A program made the position numbers and the translations under genes. Shown here one piece after another: positions 11,074-21,662 of a stretch of DNA of 29,761 bases (positions are counted from its first letter, which is position 1; each line of letters starts with the position of its first letter). The notes beneath the pieces were generated by a model. That model did no database searches. It worked only from the letters and a program-made list of their open reading frames with translations, and was not told the origin of the DNA. The stretch spans positions 1 to 29,761 of the forward strand of contig NW_021833152.1 of NCBI RefSeq assembly GCF_006345805.1, read 5' to 3'. Source of the stretch: Octopus sinensis (lineage: Eukaryota).

Positions 11074-11275
11074 AATCGTCACTAAAGTGACTGAGGGTGC
11101 AAATAGGCACCAACTTTGCTAGAAATAAGAGTCAAAACAATTCTTAGTCACTGTAGGGAGGTTGTCTCCTCGTCAGTCAATAGATAGTGTTTTGCACGTG
11201 GCTAAGAGTTGTTTTGACTCTTATTTCTAGCAATGCTGGTGCTGATGTGCACCCTTAGTCCCTTTAGTGGCGATT
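11074..11275. mobile_element. Fold-back / MITE-like element with 78-bp inverted arms
   Basis: 11074-11151 versus the reverse complement of 11198-11275: 68/78 by hand; 46-nt spacer. Confidence 0.75.
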
Positions 11276-11316
11276 GTACTTGTACCTTTTTGTTTTAAAT
11301 TGCGACTAGCCACTTT

Positions 11317-11357
11317 AATAATAATAATAATAATTATTATTATTATATATATATATA

Positions 11358-11403
<46 letters not shown>

Positions 11404-11410
11404 ATATATG
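11317..11410. repeat. (ATA)n(TTA)n(TA)n compound microsatellite followed by a pyrimidine-rich tract to about 11640
   Basis: Directly visible. Confidence 0.92.
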
Positions 11411-12269
11411 AGACTTTGTACAACTCTCTTATTCTTCCATTCTTTCTTTCTATCAGCCCCTTCACAATTACTTCGTTCTTTCCACTCTTCTTTCTTTCGT
11501 TCCCCCTCTCTCACATGTCCTAGCTTTCTTTTCATTCCCTCCTCTTCACCTTCCCTCCTCTTTCACTTCACTCTGTCCCTTTTTTCTCCTCCCTCCCTAA
11601 TTCTTCTGTCCCTCTGCCTTTATCTCTCTTCTCTCCCTCCACGTGACCGGTGTTCCACCAAGCCTGACTTTTCTTTCCTGGTTCGACTACCATCCGTGCA
11701 ACATCTATATTCCTTCCCATACCTGTAATCTCTTATGTCCCTGCCGTAAGGCTTCATTTCCACACACGCCGGCTTAATTTATTTCGTCCTTAGTCGAAAG
11801 ACACCTGTTGTTATGTCCTGTTATTTGCATTTGTATTTGTGTAACATTTCTCCCTTTTTATTCTGTCCTTGTTTTCGTATGTATTCGCTGCTCTCGTCCA
11901 AGTAATCTAATGCTCTTAGCTTAGTTTTTCCTTGGGGCTGGCCAGATTGGAGCAATCTCGAGTATAACCAGCCGAAATTGCAACGATAATCTGAAAATCG
12001 TCTGAAGAAAGAAAACTTCGAATGACCCGTCCGTGTTTTTTCTTGTCCCGCTTTAGTATCATCTGTCTGGATGTTTTGTTGTCCCTTTTTTGTAACATCT
12101 AGCTCAATCATCTGTCTGAATGTTTCGCGTTCTTGTCCCATTTTTTGTATTCTTTTTTATATACATGTAGCGGTGTACGTACACTCGGTCTCTCTCTCTT
12201 TCTATATCTCTCTCTATATATATGTATTTGTGTGTGTTTGTTTGTGTGTGTGTGGTGTGTGTGTGTGTC

Positions 12270-12486
12270 TTTGTGTCTGTGTTTGTCCTCCGCCACGCCT
12301 GACAGTCGGTGTTAGTTTGTTTACGCCCCCATAACTTAGCTGTTTGGCAAAAAGATTTCGAGCGAATAAATACCAAGCTTAAAAAAATAACTCCAGGGTT
12401 CGATTCATTCGAGTAAAAGTTCTTCAGGGCGATACCCCAGCATAGTCGCAGTCTAATGACCGAAGCAGATATAAGATAAAAGATAA
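12270..12486 (+). mobile_element. SINE family C, 3' half, diverged
   Basis: GTGTTTGTCC...GTTTACGCCCCCATAACTTAGC...CCAGCATAGTCGCAGTCTAATGACCGAA aligns with the C tail. Confidence 0.78.
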
Positions 12487-12937
12487 GTCATAACAGTTGT
12501 GTTTTACGTCAGAAGTTTTGAATGCATGACGTTGACATATTTTGATCTTAATTAGGTGATCCACCATTATAAACGCTTACATATTTAATACATATTTAGC
12601 ACAATTTTAGTCCTATTTTCGTCTATTCAATCTAATATCTCACCCATTTATGGCGAATCCTCTCAGCAGAACGACCTAAAATAAATTATTGATACCACAC
12701 CTTCCCCTAAACAATAATCGATTAATTAAAATCAAGTGTTGTGTCAGACAGGTTTTTCGTTAATAGCGAAATATTAAATATTTAGTTTCATTTACTAATG
12801 AGATCTGTACAGTTGGGAACATAGTCGAATGGATATTGGCAACTAAGAGGTCGTAGTAGTCTTTCATAAATGTTTCATGTACCCATTGCTAATAAACTTA
12901 ACTCTCAGTGATCCACGATTTCACCTGGGTCTATACC

Positions 12938-13168
12938 TATTTCTTTATTACCCACAAGAGGCTAAACATAGAGGGGACAAACAAGGACAGACATAGGTAT
13001 TAAGTCGATTACATCGACCACAGTGCGTAACTGGTACTTAATTCATCGACCCCGAAAGGATGAAAGGCAAAGTCGACCTCGGCGAAATTTGAACTCAGAA
13101 CATAACGTCAGACGGAATACGGCGACGCATTTCGCCCGGCGTGCTAACGTTTCTGCCAGCTCGCCGCC
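12938..13168 (-). mobile_element. SINE family A (tail A1), full length
   Basis: Reverse complement of the A1 type; diverged TSD TTCACCTGGGTCTATACC (12920-12937) and TTAACCTGGGTTTTTACC (13169-13186). Confidence 0.9.
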
Positions 13169-13515
13169 TTAACCTGGGTTTTTACCGATACAGCTGAAAT
13201 GTAATTTGTCATTGCAAGGGGAGCAAAGCTCTAGAATTGACGAGGGATTCGTTAGCTTGCAGTGTTGTGTTCAATCCGAGGCGATAGAGGAAGAATAGAT
13301 TTCTATCTGTTTACCAATACATAAGATAAACGTGAACACTGATTCCGTGGATTCATGTAATTTCGCTGAGAATTAATGAATTAACACAACCCCCCCCCCC
13401 CCCCAAAAAAAAAAAAACTGAGGTTAGATTCACTTTTCATTCTTCCAGGGTCGATAAAATAAAATGCCAGTCAATAGCATGAATCGATGATATCAAGTAA
13501 ATTAGCGAGAATATG

Positions 13516-13880
13516 CTAACAGTTGGGATGACTCGGAACCTCCTGAAAGATTCCCCTCCTGTTGTTGACTTGTTCAGTTTTCCTCCCACCTGCTGTGCAA
13601 ATTGTCTTCCTCTTCCTCATACTGCTCCTTATTAAATATATCATAGTTTTACCTATCCCGACCTTCTCCAGGCATCTTAGAATCCACGAGTGAAGAACCA
13701 TATCATGTGCCTACTTATAGCCAATCCAAGCCATTGGTTAGCTTGTCAGCCTTCTCCCGCCGTTCCACACATTTGCCGTCTCCATTAACGACTGGTCTTT
13801 TGCTCCTAGTGATCCTTCCCTTCACGATCCTGCAGCCCTTCTGTTCATCTGCGAGCCGTCCCTTTCTTTCAAGGTGACCA
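13516..13880 (-). mobile_element. R4/Dong-like non-LTR RT fragment
   Basis: DEQKGCR...GAKDQSL, MAWIGYK*AHDMVLHSWILRCLEKVGI, RRGIFQ correspond to the EQKGC/KDQLL/WIDYKKAYD.VPHSW/RRGIFQGD motifs of RLE-type non-LTR RTs. Confidence 0.82.
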
Positions 13881-13902
13881 TACAGCTTTTTTTTTTTTTT
13901 TT

Positions 13903-14118
13903 GTGAGTTGGCAGAATCTTCAGCACACCGGGCAAAATGTGCGGCGGTAACTGGTACGCTTTAACTTTCCGAGTTCAAATTCAACCATATTTGACTTTGC
14001 TTTTCCTCCTTTTGAGGTCTATAAAATAAGTACCAGTGAAGCACTAGAGTCGATGTAATCAACCTCAACTAGCCCCTTCTCACAAAAAGTTTAGGCCTTG
14101 TGCTTATAGTAGAAAGAC
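13903..14118 (+). mobile_element. SINE family A (tail A3), diverged
   Basis: GAGTTGGCAGAATC...GAGTTCAAATTC...GGCCTTGTGCTTATAGTAGAAAGA. Confidence 0.8.
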
Positions 14119-14122
14119 TTAA

Positions 14123-14740
14123 CCCTTCGATGGCCGACGGGGTTGGAATTACAGAAAAGTCCATTGGGGTCTCGAGGGACCCCCTTTTATTTTAGCACAT
14201 TTCCGCACTATCCATTAAATAATATTTGTTTAATCTTGTACATATGTATAAGTGCATGATGCAGAACAAGAAATTTAGCACTTTATAGAAATATATTTGT
14301 TTAGTGTTTAATGGAGAGGAATCAAAATATAATTTATTGACTGAAAAACTTTTATTGAAAGAAATCAACATTTTTTATAGTTTTATAAACTATACATATA
14401 GCATTAATTATAAAATAAAGCAAAATTATTTAGTATATCGATTCATACCAGTACTACTACAAAGAAAATTGACTTATAGTTTATCAGAATATCTGAAAAA
14501 GGAACAGAAAAAAAAATTCCACAGAAGGTCAATGGGGTCCAGTTGGACCTCAATGATCATATTTTATGCTATAAAATCCATATCATTGGAAATTTTTTAA
14601 CTCAAAATTTGCATGCGCATATATACACTATTGACAATAAGAGTCATGAGATATAAAATCATTTAAATAAAAAGATGTAAAAGTTGGATAACTTTTAAAA
14701 TCTGCAAAGGTCCCAATGGACCCCGCCGACCCACGAAAGG
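14123..14740. mobile_element. Non-autonomous piggyBac-type element (MITE), 618 bp
   Basis: TTAA on both sides (14119-14122, 14741-14744). TIRs CCCTTCGATGGCCGACGGGGT versus CCTTTCGTGGGTCGGCGGGGT (16/21). AT-rich non-coding interior. Confidence 0.75.
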
Positions 14741-14767
14741 TTAATAGCAAACATTAATGCACACACA

Positions 14768-14806
<39 letters not shown>

Positions 14807-14854
14807 CACACACACACAGTATTGTACTCTTTTATTCAATCGGGTACATGTTTA

Positions 14855-15083
14855 AGGCGATAAGTTGCTAAAATTGTTAGCACGTTGGACAAAAATACTT
14901 AGTAACATTCCGCCAGTCTTCGTGTTCTGAGTTCAAATTCCGTCGAGGCTGACTTTGCCTTTCATCCTTTCGGGGTCAATAAAATAAATACCAGTTGAAC
15001 ACTTCGGTCGATGTAATCGACTTATCCCCTCCCCCAAAATTGCTGCCCTTGTGACAAAATTTGAAACCATTATTATTATTATC
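14855..15083 (+). mobile_element. SINE family A (tail A2) ending in (ATT)n
   Basis: Diverged head, GTTCTGAGTTCAAATTCC, tail AAAATTTGAAACCATTATTATTATTATC. Confidence 0.85.
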
Positions 15084-15085
15084 AA

Positions 15086-15316
15086 GGCGGTGAGCTGGCA
15101 GAAACGTTAGCACGCCGGACGAAATGCGTAGCCATATTTCGACTGCCGCTACATTCTGAGTTCAAATTCTGCCGAGGTCGACTTTGCCTTTCATCCTTTC
15201 AGGGTCGATTAAATAAGTACCAGTTACGCACTGGGGTCGATATAATCGACTTAATCCGTTTGTCTGTCCTTGTTTGTCCTCTCTGTGTTTAGCCCCTTGT
15301 GGGTAATAAAGAAATA
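15086..15316 (+). mobile_element. SINE family A (tail A1)
   Basis: Full-length A1 copy. Confidence 0.9.
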
Positions 15317-15495
15317 GGTATTTCGCCCGTCGTTGCGTTCTGAGTTCAATTCCGTCGAGGCTGACTTTGCCTTTCATCCTTTCGGGGTCAATAAAATAAA
15401 TACCAGTTGAACACTTCGGTCGATGTAATCGACTCATCCCCTCCCCCAAAATTGCTGCCCTTGTGACAAAATTTGAAACCATTATTATTATTATC
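15317..15495 (+). mobile_element. Chimeric 5'-truncated family A SINE at the duplication junction
   Basis: 5' part identical to 15729-15766; 3' part nearly identical to 14924-15083. Confidence 0.8.
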
Positions 15496-15497
15496 AA

Positions 15498-15728
15498 GGC
15501 GGTGAGCTGGCAGAAACGTTAGCACGCCGGACGAAATGCGTAGCCATATTTCGACTGCCGCTACATTCTGATTTCAAATTCTGCCGAGGTCGACTTTGCC
15601 TTTCATCCTTTCAGGGTCGATTAAATAAGTACCAGTTACGCACTGGGGTCGATATAATCGACTTAATCCGTTTGTCTGTCCTTGTTTGTCCTCTCTGTGT
15701 TTAGCCCCTTGTGGGTAATAAAGAAATA
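15498..15728 (+). mobile_element. SINE family A (tail A1), duplicate of 15086-15316
   Basis: One substitution seen relative to 15086-15316. Confidence 0.9.
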
Positions 15729-15904
15729 GGTATTTCGCCCGTCGTTGCGTTCTGAGTTCAAATTCCTTCGTGATCGACTTTGCCTTTCATCCTTTCAGGC
15801 TCGATGAAATAAGTACCAATTAATTACTGAGTCGATGTAATCGACTTAACCCCTTCCCTAAAATTTCAGGCCTTGTGCCTATAGTAGAAAGAATTATTAT
15901 TATT
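15729..15904 (+). mobile_element. SINE family A (tail A3), 5'-truncated, ending in (ATT)n
   Basis: GGTATTTCG...GGCCTTGTGCCTATAGTAGAAAGAATTATTATTATT. Confidence 0.82.
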
Positions 15905-16194
15905 TATTTCCCTTTATCACAGCTCCTGGAGTTTTGCATGCATAGCGGGCTTACTACCTGCAGCCTACGGTACCATGCTCTTCGTTATTTTCAGCTATCT
16001 AACACTTCCCTGGTTATTCTGGTCGTGCCAAGGGGGCAAACCTTTTGTAACAGTTCTACTAGGCACTCTATTCAATTTCCTTTATATTCTTCTTGATGCC
16101 TTCTGATACTGTCCCCTAGGACCCAACTATAATTGGTACTATCATCACCTTCTGCATTTTCCATAGCCGGGCTATTTCGAACTTAGGAGGGTTG

Positions 16195-16293
<99 letters not shown>

Positions 16294-17329
16294 TCGTCTT
16301 CCTTCTTGACTATTCATGGGTCAAAGGGGCGCGCAACGTCTACTATATAGCATATGTGGTGCACCTTATCCACCATCATTAGGTCCGGTCTATTATGCTC
16401 TAGCACTTCGTCTGCTTGGATGGGAAATCCCAGAGGATTTTGCTAGTCTCCGACTCTGTCACTCCCTACGGTTTGTGTTCATACCACATCCTTCCCCCAT
16501 TTTCCGCACAGTTTCCAATGTAGCACTTTCGCTACCTGATCGTGTCGCCACAACTTGTAGAGGGTGTGCGCAAGTCTAGGGCATTCGTTCGAGATATGGG
16601 CAATGATTTCATCCACTTTATTGCAGATGCGGCACAGCGGAGACACTTGCTCATTTCTCAGGTTGACCCTCCAGCTCGTGGCCAGAGCTTGATCATGTGC
16701 TGCCAGTATGGTGCTCTCGGCCTCTTTTATTAAGGTTCCTTTCATTGGCCAATCCCACTTATTTTTCCAGCAACTTCTGTTGTGGCTACATGGAATTGAT
16801 TGTGTAACTCTTGCGTAATTCTTCTTCATGTCCTTTTTGTACTTTTCCCTTTGTTTTCCTTTTTTTCTCTGCTCTCAATACTCCCTTGTTCCTTACTGCT
16901 ACTAGCAAGATTTCCTTACTTTGGGCTAGGTATCTCTTTAAGCTCTCGAGTTCGATACGCACGCAGTCTTTCACACTTATCAGTCTCCTTCCTCTATTTG
17001 CTCTCTTCATGTATAGACGATCAGTATATGCACGTAAATGATGGGCCCCATGCATCATTAAAAGCTTTCTTGACTTCCTGACCATCTCCTTTAGCTCCTC
17101 CTCTGTCCATTTCAGGATTCCAGCACCATACCGAACTACTGCGACTGCGTGCGAGTTTACTGCCGAAATCATGTTTCTGGCATTCAACTTTGAAGTCAAT
17201 ATTTTTCTCACTTGCCACAGGTACTCTCTTTTTGTCTTTTCCTTCATGTCGTGGTGTTTGGTTCTATCTGCCTCGAGTATTCCCAGATTTTTATAGCTAG
17301 ATTGAGGTTGAATTTCCTTCATAATTTCA

Positions 17330-17331
<2 letters not shown>
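15905..17331 (-). mobile_element. 5'-truncated R4/Dong-like non-LTR retrotransposon (RT thumb, CCHC knuckle, RLE, 3' UTR)
   Basis: ORFs 16786-17322 (YKNLGILE, KLNARN, RLYMKRANRGRRL) and 16479-16829 (CRICNKVDEIIAHISNEC = C-X2-C-X8-H-X4-C, then RHDQVAKVLHWKLC). RLE: KILWDF..HNRPDLMMVDK..IVDVARPFD..KKEDEK, then EIARLW..VPIIVGSLG; stop codon at 15991-15993. Confidence 0.9.
16195..16290. repeat. (TATC)24 microsatellite inside the RLE coding region
   Basis: Directly visible, 96 bp. Confidence 0.97.
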
Positions 17332-17395
<64 letters not shown>

Positions 17396-17420
17396 CATCA
17401 TTATTATTATTATTATCATT
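17332..17420. repeat. (TTA)n microsatellite at the 5' truncation point of the RLE element
   Basis: Directly visible. Confidence 0.97.
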
Positions 17421-17431
17421 AATCTCGCTTA

Positions 17432-17572
17432 ACTCAGCAGCACTAGAGTCAATATAAATGTTTTAACCCCCTCCCTCGAAATTGCTGGCCTTGATCTAAA
17501 ATTTGAAACCATTATCATTGTTGTTGGTGTTGCTGTTTCTGACTTGGTTGTTGATGGTGGTATTGTTATTTT
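17432..17572 (+). mobile_element. 3' remnant of family A SINE (tail A2) with decayed (ATT/GTT)n tail
   Basis: CCCCCTCCCTCGAAATTGCTGGCCTTGATCTAAAATTTGAAACCATTATCATTG. Confidence 0.72.
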
Positions 17573-19570
17573 CTGCCGTTTCAAGGTTTGATTATGCTTG
17601 CTCTCGAATCACAATTCGTGGTTAAGGACGAGGAGCATTTTGTACCTTTTGATTCTCTTCTTTTTTCACTCTACATAGCTGGGTTTTTTTACATTATATA
17701 AATGACATTCCAGGTATCTCCTGCCGAACCTAATAGCCATGTTTTCTACACAGCATCAAATCCCAAGTTGAGAAAAAGATTTTCAAGGTTTGTCCTAAGA
17801 TTTTTTTGTCGCTGCTCTCAAAGATACAACGAAAATTCATACGTTCAGGACCTTGCTAACTTTTCTATTCTAGTACTTGGAGGTTTGGTACTTTAAGTTA
17901 ATATCGATTTTATTTTTTATTTTTTTTATCTCTTTACTCTGGTATCCAGTGGGCATATCATATCAATTAAAACATACAGCTTCTTCTTGCTGTCAGCGAC
18001 TACAATGTTCGGATTATACTCTATTCTTGTTTCAGTTTGTGTAGGAAAGTTCCATAACAACTTTCCTCCGTCGTTTTTATTTCGATAAAATGGTTACAGA
18101 TGTTTTTTTTTTGTGTAGAATCAAACTTCCAGTTTACTATTGCAGCAATTTTATCATGCCAATAGTTTAGAATTCCTTCTGAGTTGACCGTGGACATCTA
18201 AATACAATGTGAGTTATGGTCCCATCTGCATTTGAGTCAACAGCTTTGTTGATCCAGTTTATCTTTAGAGCATGTTCCATGCCCCCAAGATCATTATATA
18301 GGTCTCTTTCTTTCATACGCCTTTCTTTAGCTACAGCTAGTTGTCCTTATCATCCCTTATTGGTCCTTCAAAGTTTGATTTCCTCTTTTCTACATTCTCT
18401 TGTTTTCTGTTTTGGGGTTCTGCACCTTCTGTAAATTGCCGTTATCACCTTATTGAAGAGTATTTCTTTGTTTTATTCCAGATAAGAATCTAGTTTTGTC
18501 TTCAGTTCTACTAACTCTTCGACACTCATTAATCTTCTTCTTCTTCTTCTTCTTTTCCAACATAATTGCTTCACATCTGATTTTCTGTGCACTGTGAGCA
18601 GCTTCCTAGTTTATTCGTGATACAGCTCTCAAGTTGGTTGCTGGTATGACATTTTCCACATTCATTTTGGATTTTAAAATTCTAATCATTCCACAGAAAT
18701 ATTCTTTACAGAAGACTAAACTTCCTCTATTTTTAAACTTTTGATTTTATCATTCTCCAGTATTCATTAGATATTTATGTTTCTTCTACATCAAATGATT
18801 TTATTTTCTTACCATTCAGATAGATCTAACTCCTGCACGTTTTATGAATTTTTCCAGCTTCATTTCCTTTAGAGCACATTTCATAATTCCGGATATTACC
18901 AAATATTTTTACAGCTTGCACTAAGGAATCTAGCTGGTTCATATCGCTGCCATAATGTTTTAAATCATCCGCAAATAGATGATTCACGTTTCTCATCTTC
19001 TTTTCCAGAGAATATCTTGTATAATTAACAATATAATTAACAAAGGGATTAGTTTGATTACAAATAAGATGGGGGGTGGGGGTGGTGCCACCTTGAAAAA
19101 TTCATTTTCTGATTTCTTTCTTTGTTAATCTTTCTCCTTTTGATGTTAACTTTACTCTCCAATATCGCATTACGTTTCCTTACAGGCATCTAACTTTTCC
19201 GAGACCCCAAACAGTTCTAGGCATCATTTGATCCACGAGTGCAGGTGTAGGTCGTACACTTTTCTATAATCGATCCACGCAATGCATAAGTTTATCAATG
19301 TCTTTTTTCCCAATTTCTCAAAATCATCTTGTTGAATATCAATCAGTTTTTCGTTTCTCTTCTCTTTTTCCGACAGCGTTTCTGTTTATCAAGTATTTGG
19401 CGTTTCTAATATCAGTTCTTGTAGGGCTTTTCAGCAATTAACCCTCTAGGAAGATTCCACATATTTAGTCTGTAATTTGAGGCAGCGTTTCATTTCAGTT
19501 TGTTTTTCAGTATTAGGTAGGTTCTTCTTTATCTTAACCACACCTCTTTTAAGCATTAATTTAATCAGTG
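17573..19570 (-). mobile_element. Older, heavily decayed R4/Dong-like non-LTR retrotransposon (RT to RLE to 3' end)
   Basis: In order on the minus strand: KQKRCRKK, IDYRKVYD..HSWI..CLELFGV, IRK*IFQG, NHL-FADDLKHY, TITHIVFRCP..WHDKIAAIVNWK, KLLWNFP..PNIVVAD..LIDMICPLD, WLLGSA. Confidence 0.83.
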
Positions 19571-20530
19571 GATTAATATAAAGCTAGAAGAGTAGCGGAA
19601 AGGGCAGGACATTACAACCGCTGGAAAAACATCAACTAAATAACGAAATCAAAGAGAAGTTATCTTCATTACTTAGGAAACTAACCAGAGATGATGATGG
19701 AAAGAGAATCCAACAAGACCTAGAAAAGTCGTACATGAAAGAATTTGAAATGGTGAAGACATGCCAGATTAAGAAGTTTATGAAACTTCTTAAAGGTCAG
19801 AGAATGAAGACTGAAGTCCGTCACCCAACTGTGAAAGCAGAAATTAATGTAAGTAGCCGACATCTAGAAATTTATGAAGAAGTAGTACTGAACAAATGTT
19901 TCAAACATTGCGACAACCATCAAGTGCATTCCATACTTGGACATAATAGCCCTTAATGAAGAGATAGCCATAAAGATACCAAAAGCTCAGGGAGATGAAC
20001 TAAGATGGAAAGTAAGACATGTACTAGAAAAAGCGAAACTTCCCAAACCGAACATCACTAAGGAAGAAAAGTTCGCTATCAAAACCCCACAGAGTGAGAA
20101 TTCCATCATAATACTTCCAGCGGACAAGGGAAATGCTGCAGTGGTGATGAACAAGTCTGACTACTCTGAAAAATTGGCAAGTCTTTTAAGTGATGGTAGC
20201 TACAGAGAAGAAAAGAAAGACCCAACTCTGAAAACAGAGAGGAAGTTGCCACAGATCTTGATCAAGAACAAGGATCACTTTACACCAATGAAGTACAGAC
20301 AATTGACTCAACACCATAATAATCTACCATACATGTACGGTCTTCCTAAGATTCACAAGGATGGTATTCTATTAAGACCTATAGTGAGCTGTAGAGGTTC
20401 CGCATGTCATCCACTGAGCCGCTTCCTTGTGGATATAATAAGTCCATTAGCAGGAAAGTCAATATCGTACGTGAAAAATCCCACCCACCTCACAGAATAG
20501 ATCAAGGCTATTTCGTACTTAAGAGGGTTA

Positions 20531-20614
<84 letters not shown>
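20531..20614. repeat. (TATC)21 microsatellite
   Basis: Directly visible. Confidence 0.97.
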
Positions 20615-20616
<2 letters not shown>

Positions 20617-20623
20617 AGCATTC

Positions 20624-20761
20624 TATAGGGGATTAGTGGAGGGGAGGTACGACGACGAGCTCGGGGCGAACCTGGACGTCGACGAGGAGTACCTGACCCG
20701 CCTGTTCGGGACGACTTTCGGGCCAGGGCCCATGGACAACTTCCAGAGATCCCTGGCATAA
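20624..20761 (+). other. GC-rich coding-like insert of unknown origin
   Basis: Open frame YRGLVEGRYDDELGANLDVDEEYLTRLFGTTFGPGPMDNFQRSLA*; 26 consecutive codons (20636-20713) end in G or C. Confidence 0.5.
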
Positions 20762-21142
20762 TTGAATCTAACCAGGTGGTGAGTGTAGATGTGATAAGTC
20801 TGTTCTTATCACATCTACAGAGAGAGAGAGAGAGAGAGAGGGGCAGAAGAGTTCAGGTAGATAGACGCCAATGTAAATGTTTCCGTAACCCAAGACAACA
20901 TATCGCCACATACACATTTATATATCTTTTTTTAATATATATTCATTATGGCCTTTTTAATAGACAAAATACAGAATAAGCTGGATAAACACACCGGCAC
21001 TTCAATTAGTGGAGGCACAGTCACCTCCGCAAACACCTCAGTTTTTAATGATATTAAAGGAAGACGGTTTCATATTTGTTTGTTTGATATGTATTACGGA
21101 TTCGAACTCATGGCATAGGATAGGAATTGGAATACGTATTCG

Positions 21143-21631
21143 CATACATACATACATAATACATACATACATAATACATACATACATACATACATACATA
21201 ATACATACATGCATACATACATACATACATACATACGTACGTACGTACGTACATACATACATACGTACGTACGTACGTACATACATACATACATACATAC
21301 ATACATACATACATACATACATACAGGCATACATACATACATACATACATGCATAATACATACATACATGCATAATACATACATACATACATACATACAT
21401 GCATGCATACATACATACATACATACATACATACGTACATACATACGTGCATACATACATACATACATACATATATACATGCATGCATACATACATACAT
21501 ACATACATGCATGCATACATACATACATACATACATACATGCATACATACATACATACATACATACATACACATACATGCATACATACATACATACATGC
21601 ATGCATACATACATACATGCATACATGCATA

Positions 21632-21662
<31 letters not shown>

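Larger units (their letters stand above)
19585..20804 (+). mobile_element. Penelope-like element RT, N-terminal half, interrupted at about 20510-20760 and truncated at about 20804
   Basis: ORF 19937-20500 has ILPADKGNAAVVM, YGLPKIHK, LRPIVSCRGS and YVKNP; the RT resumes at 20761 as IESNQVVSVDVISLF (DVxSLF catalytic motif). Confidence 0.9.

Noticed and set aside
13389-13418. Adjacent poly-C and poly-A runs
   Set aside because: Simple homopolymers with no supporting structure; could include sequencing error.
14304-14600. 98-aa ORF inside the TTAA-flanked element as a transposase
   Set aside because: AT-rich low-complexity translation with no piggyBac DDD motifs.
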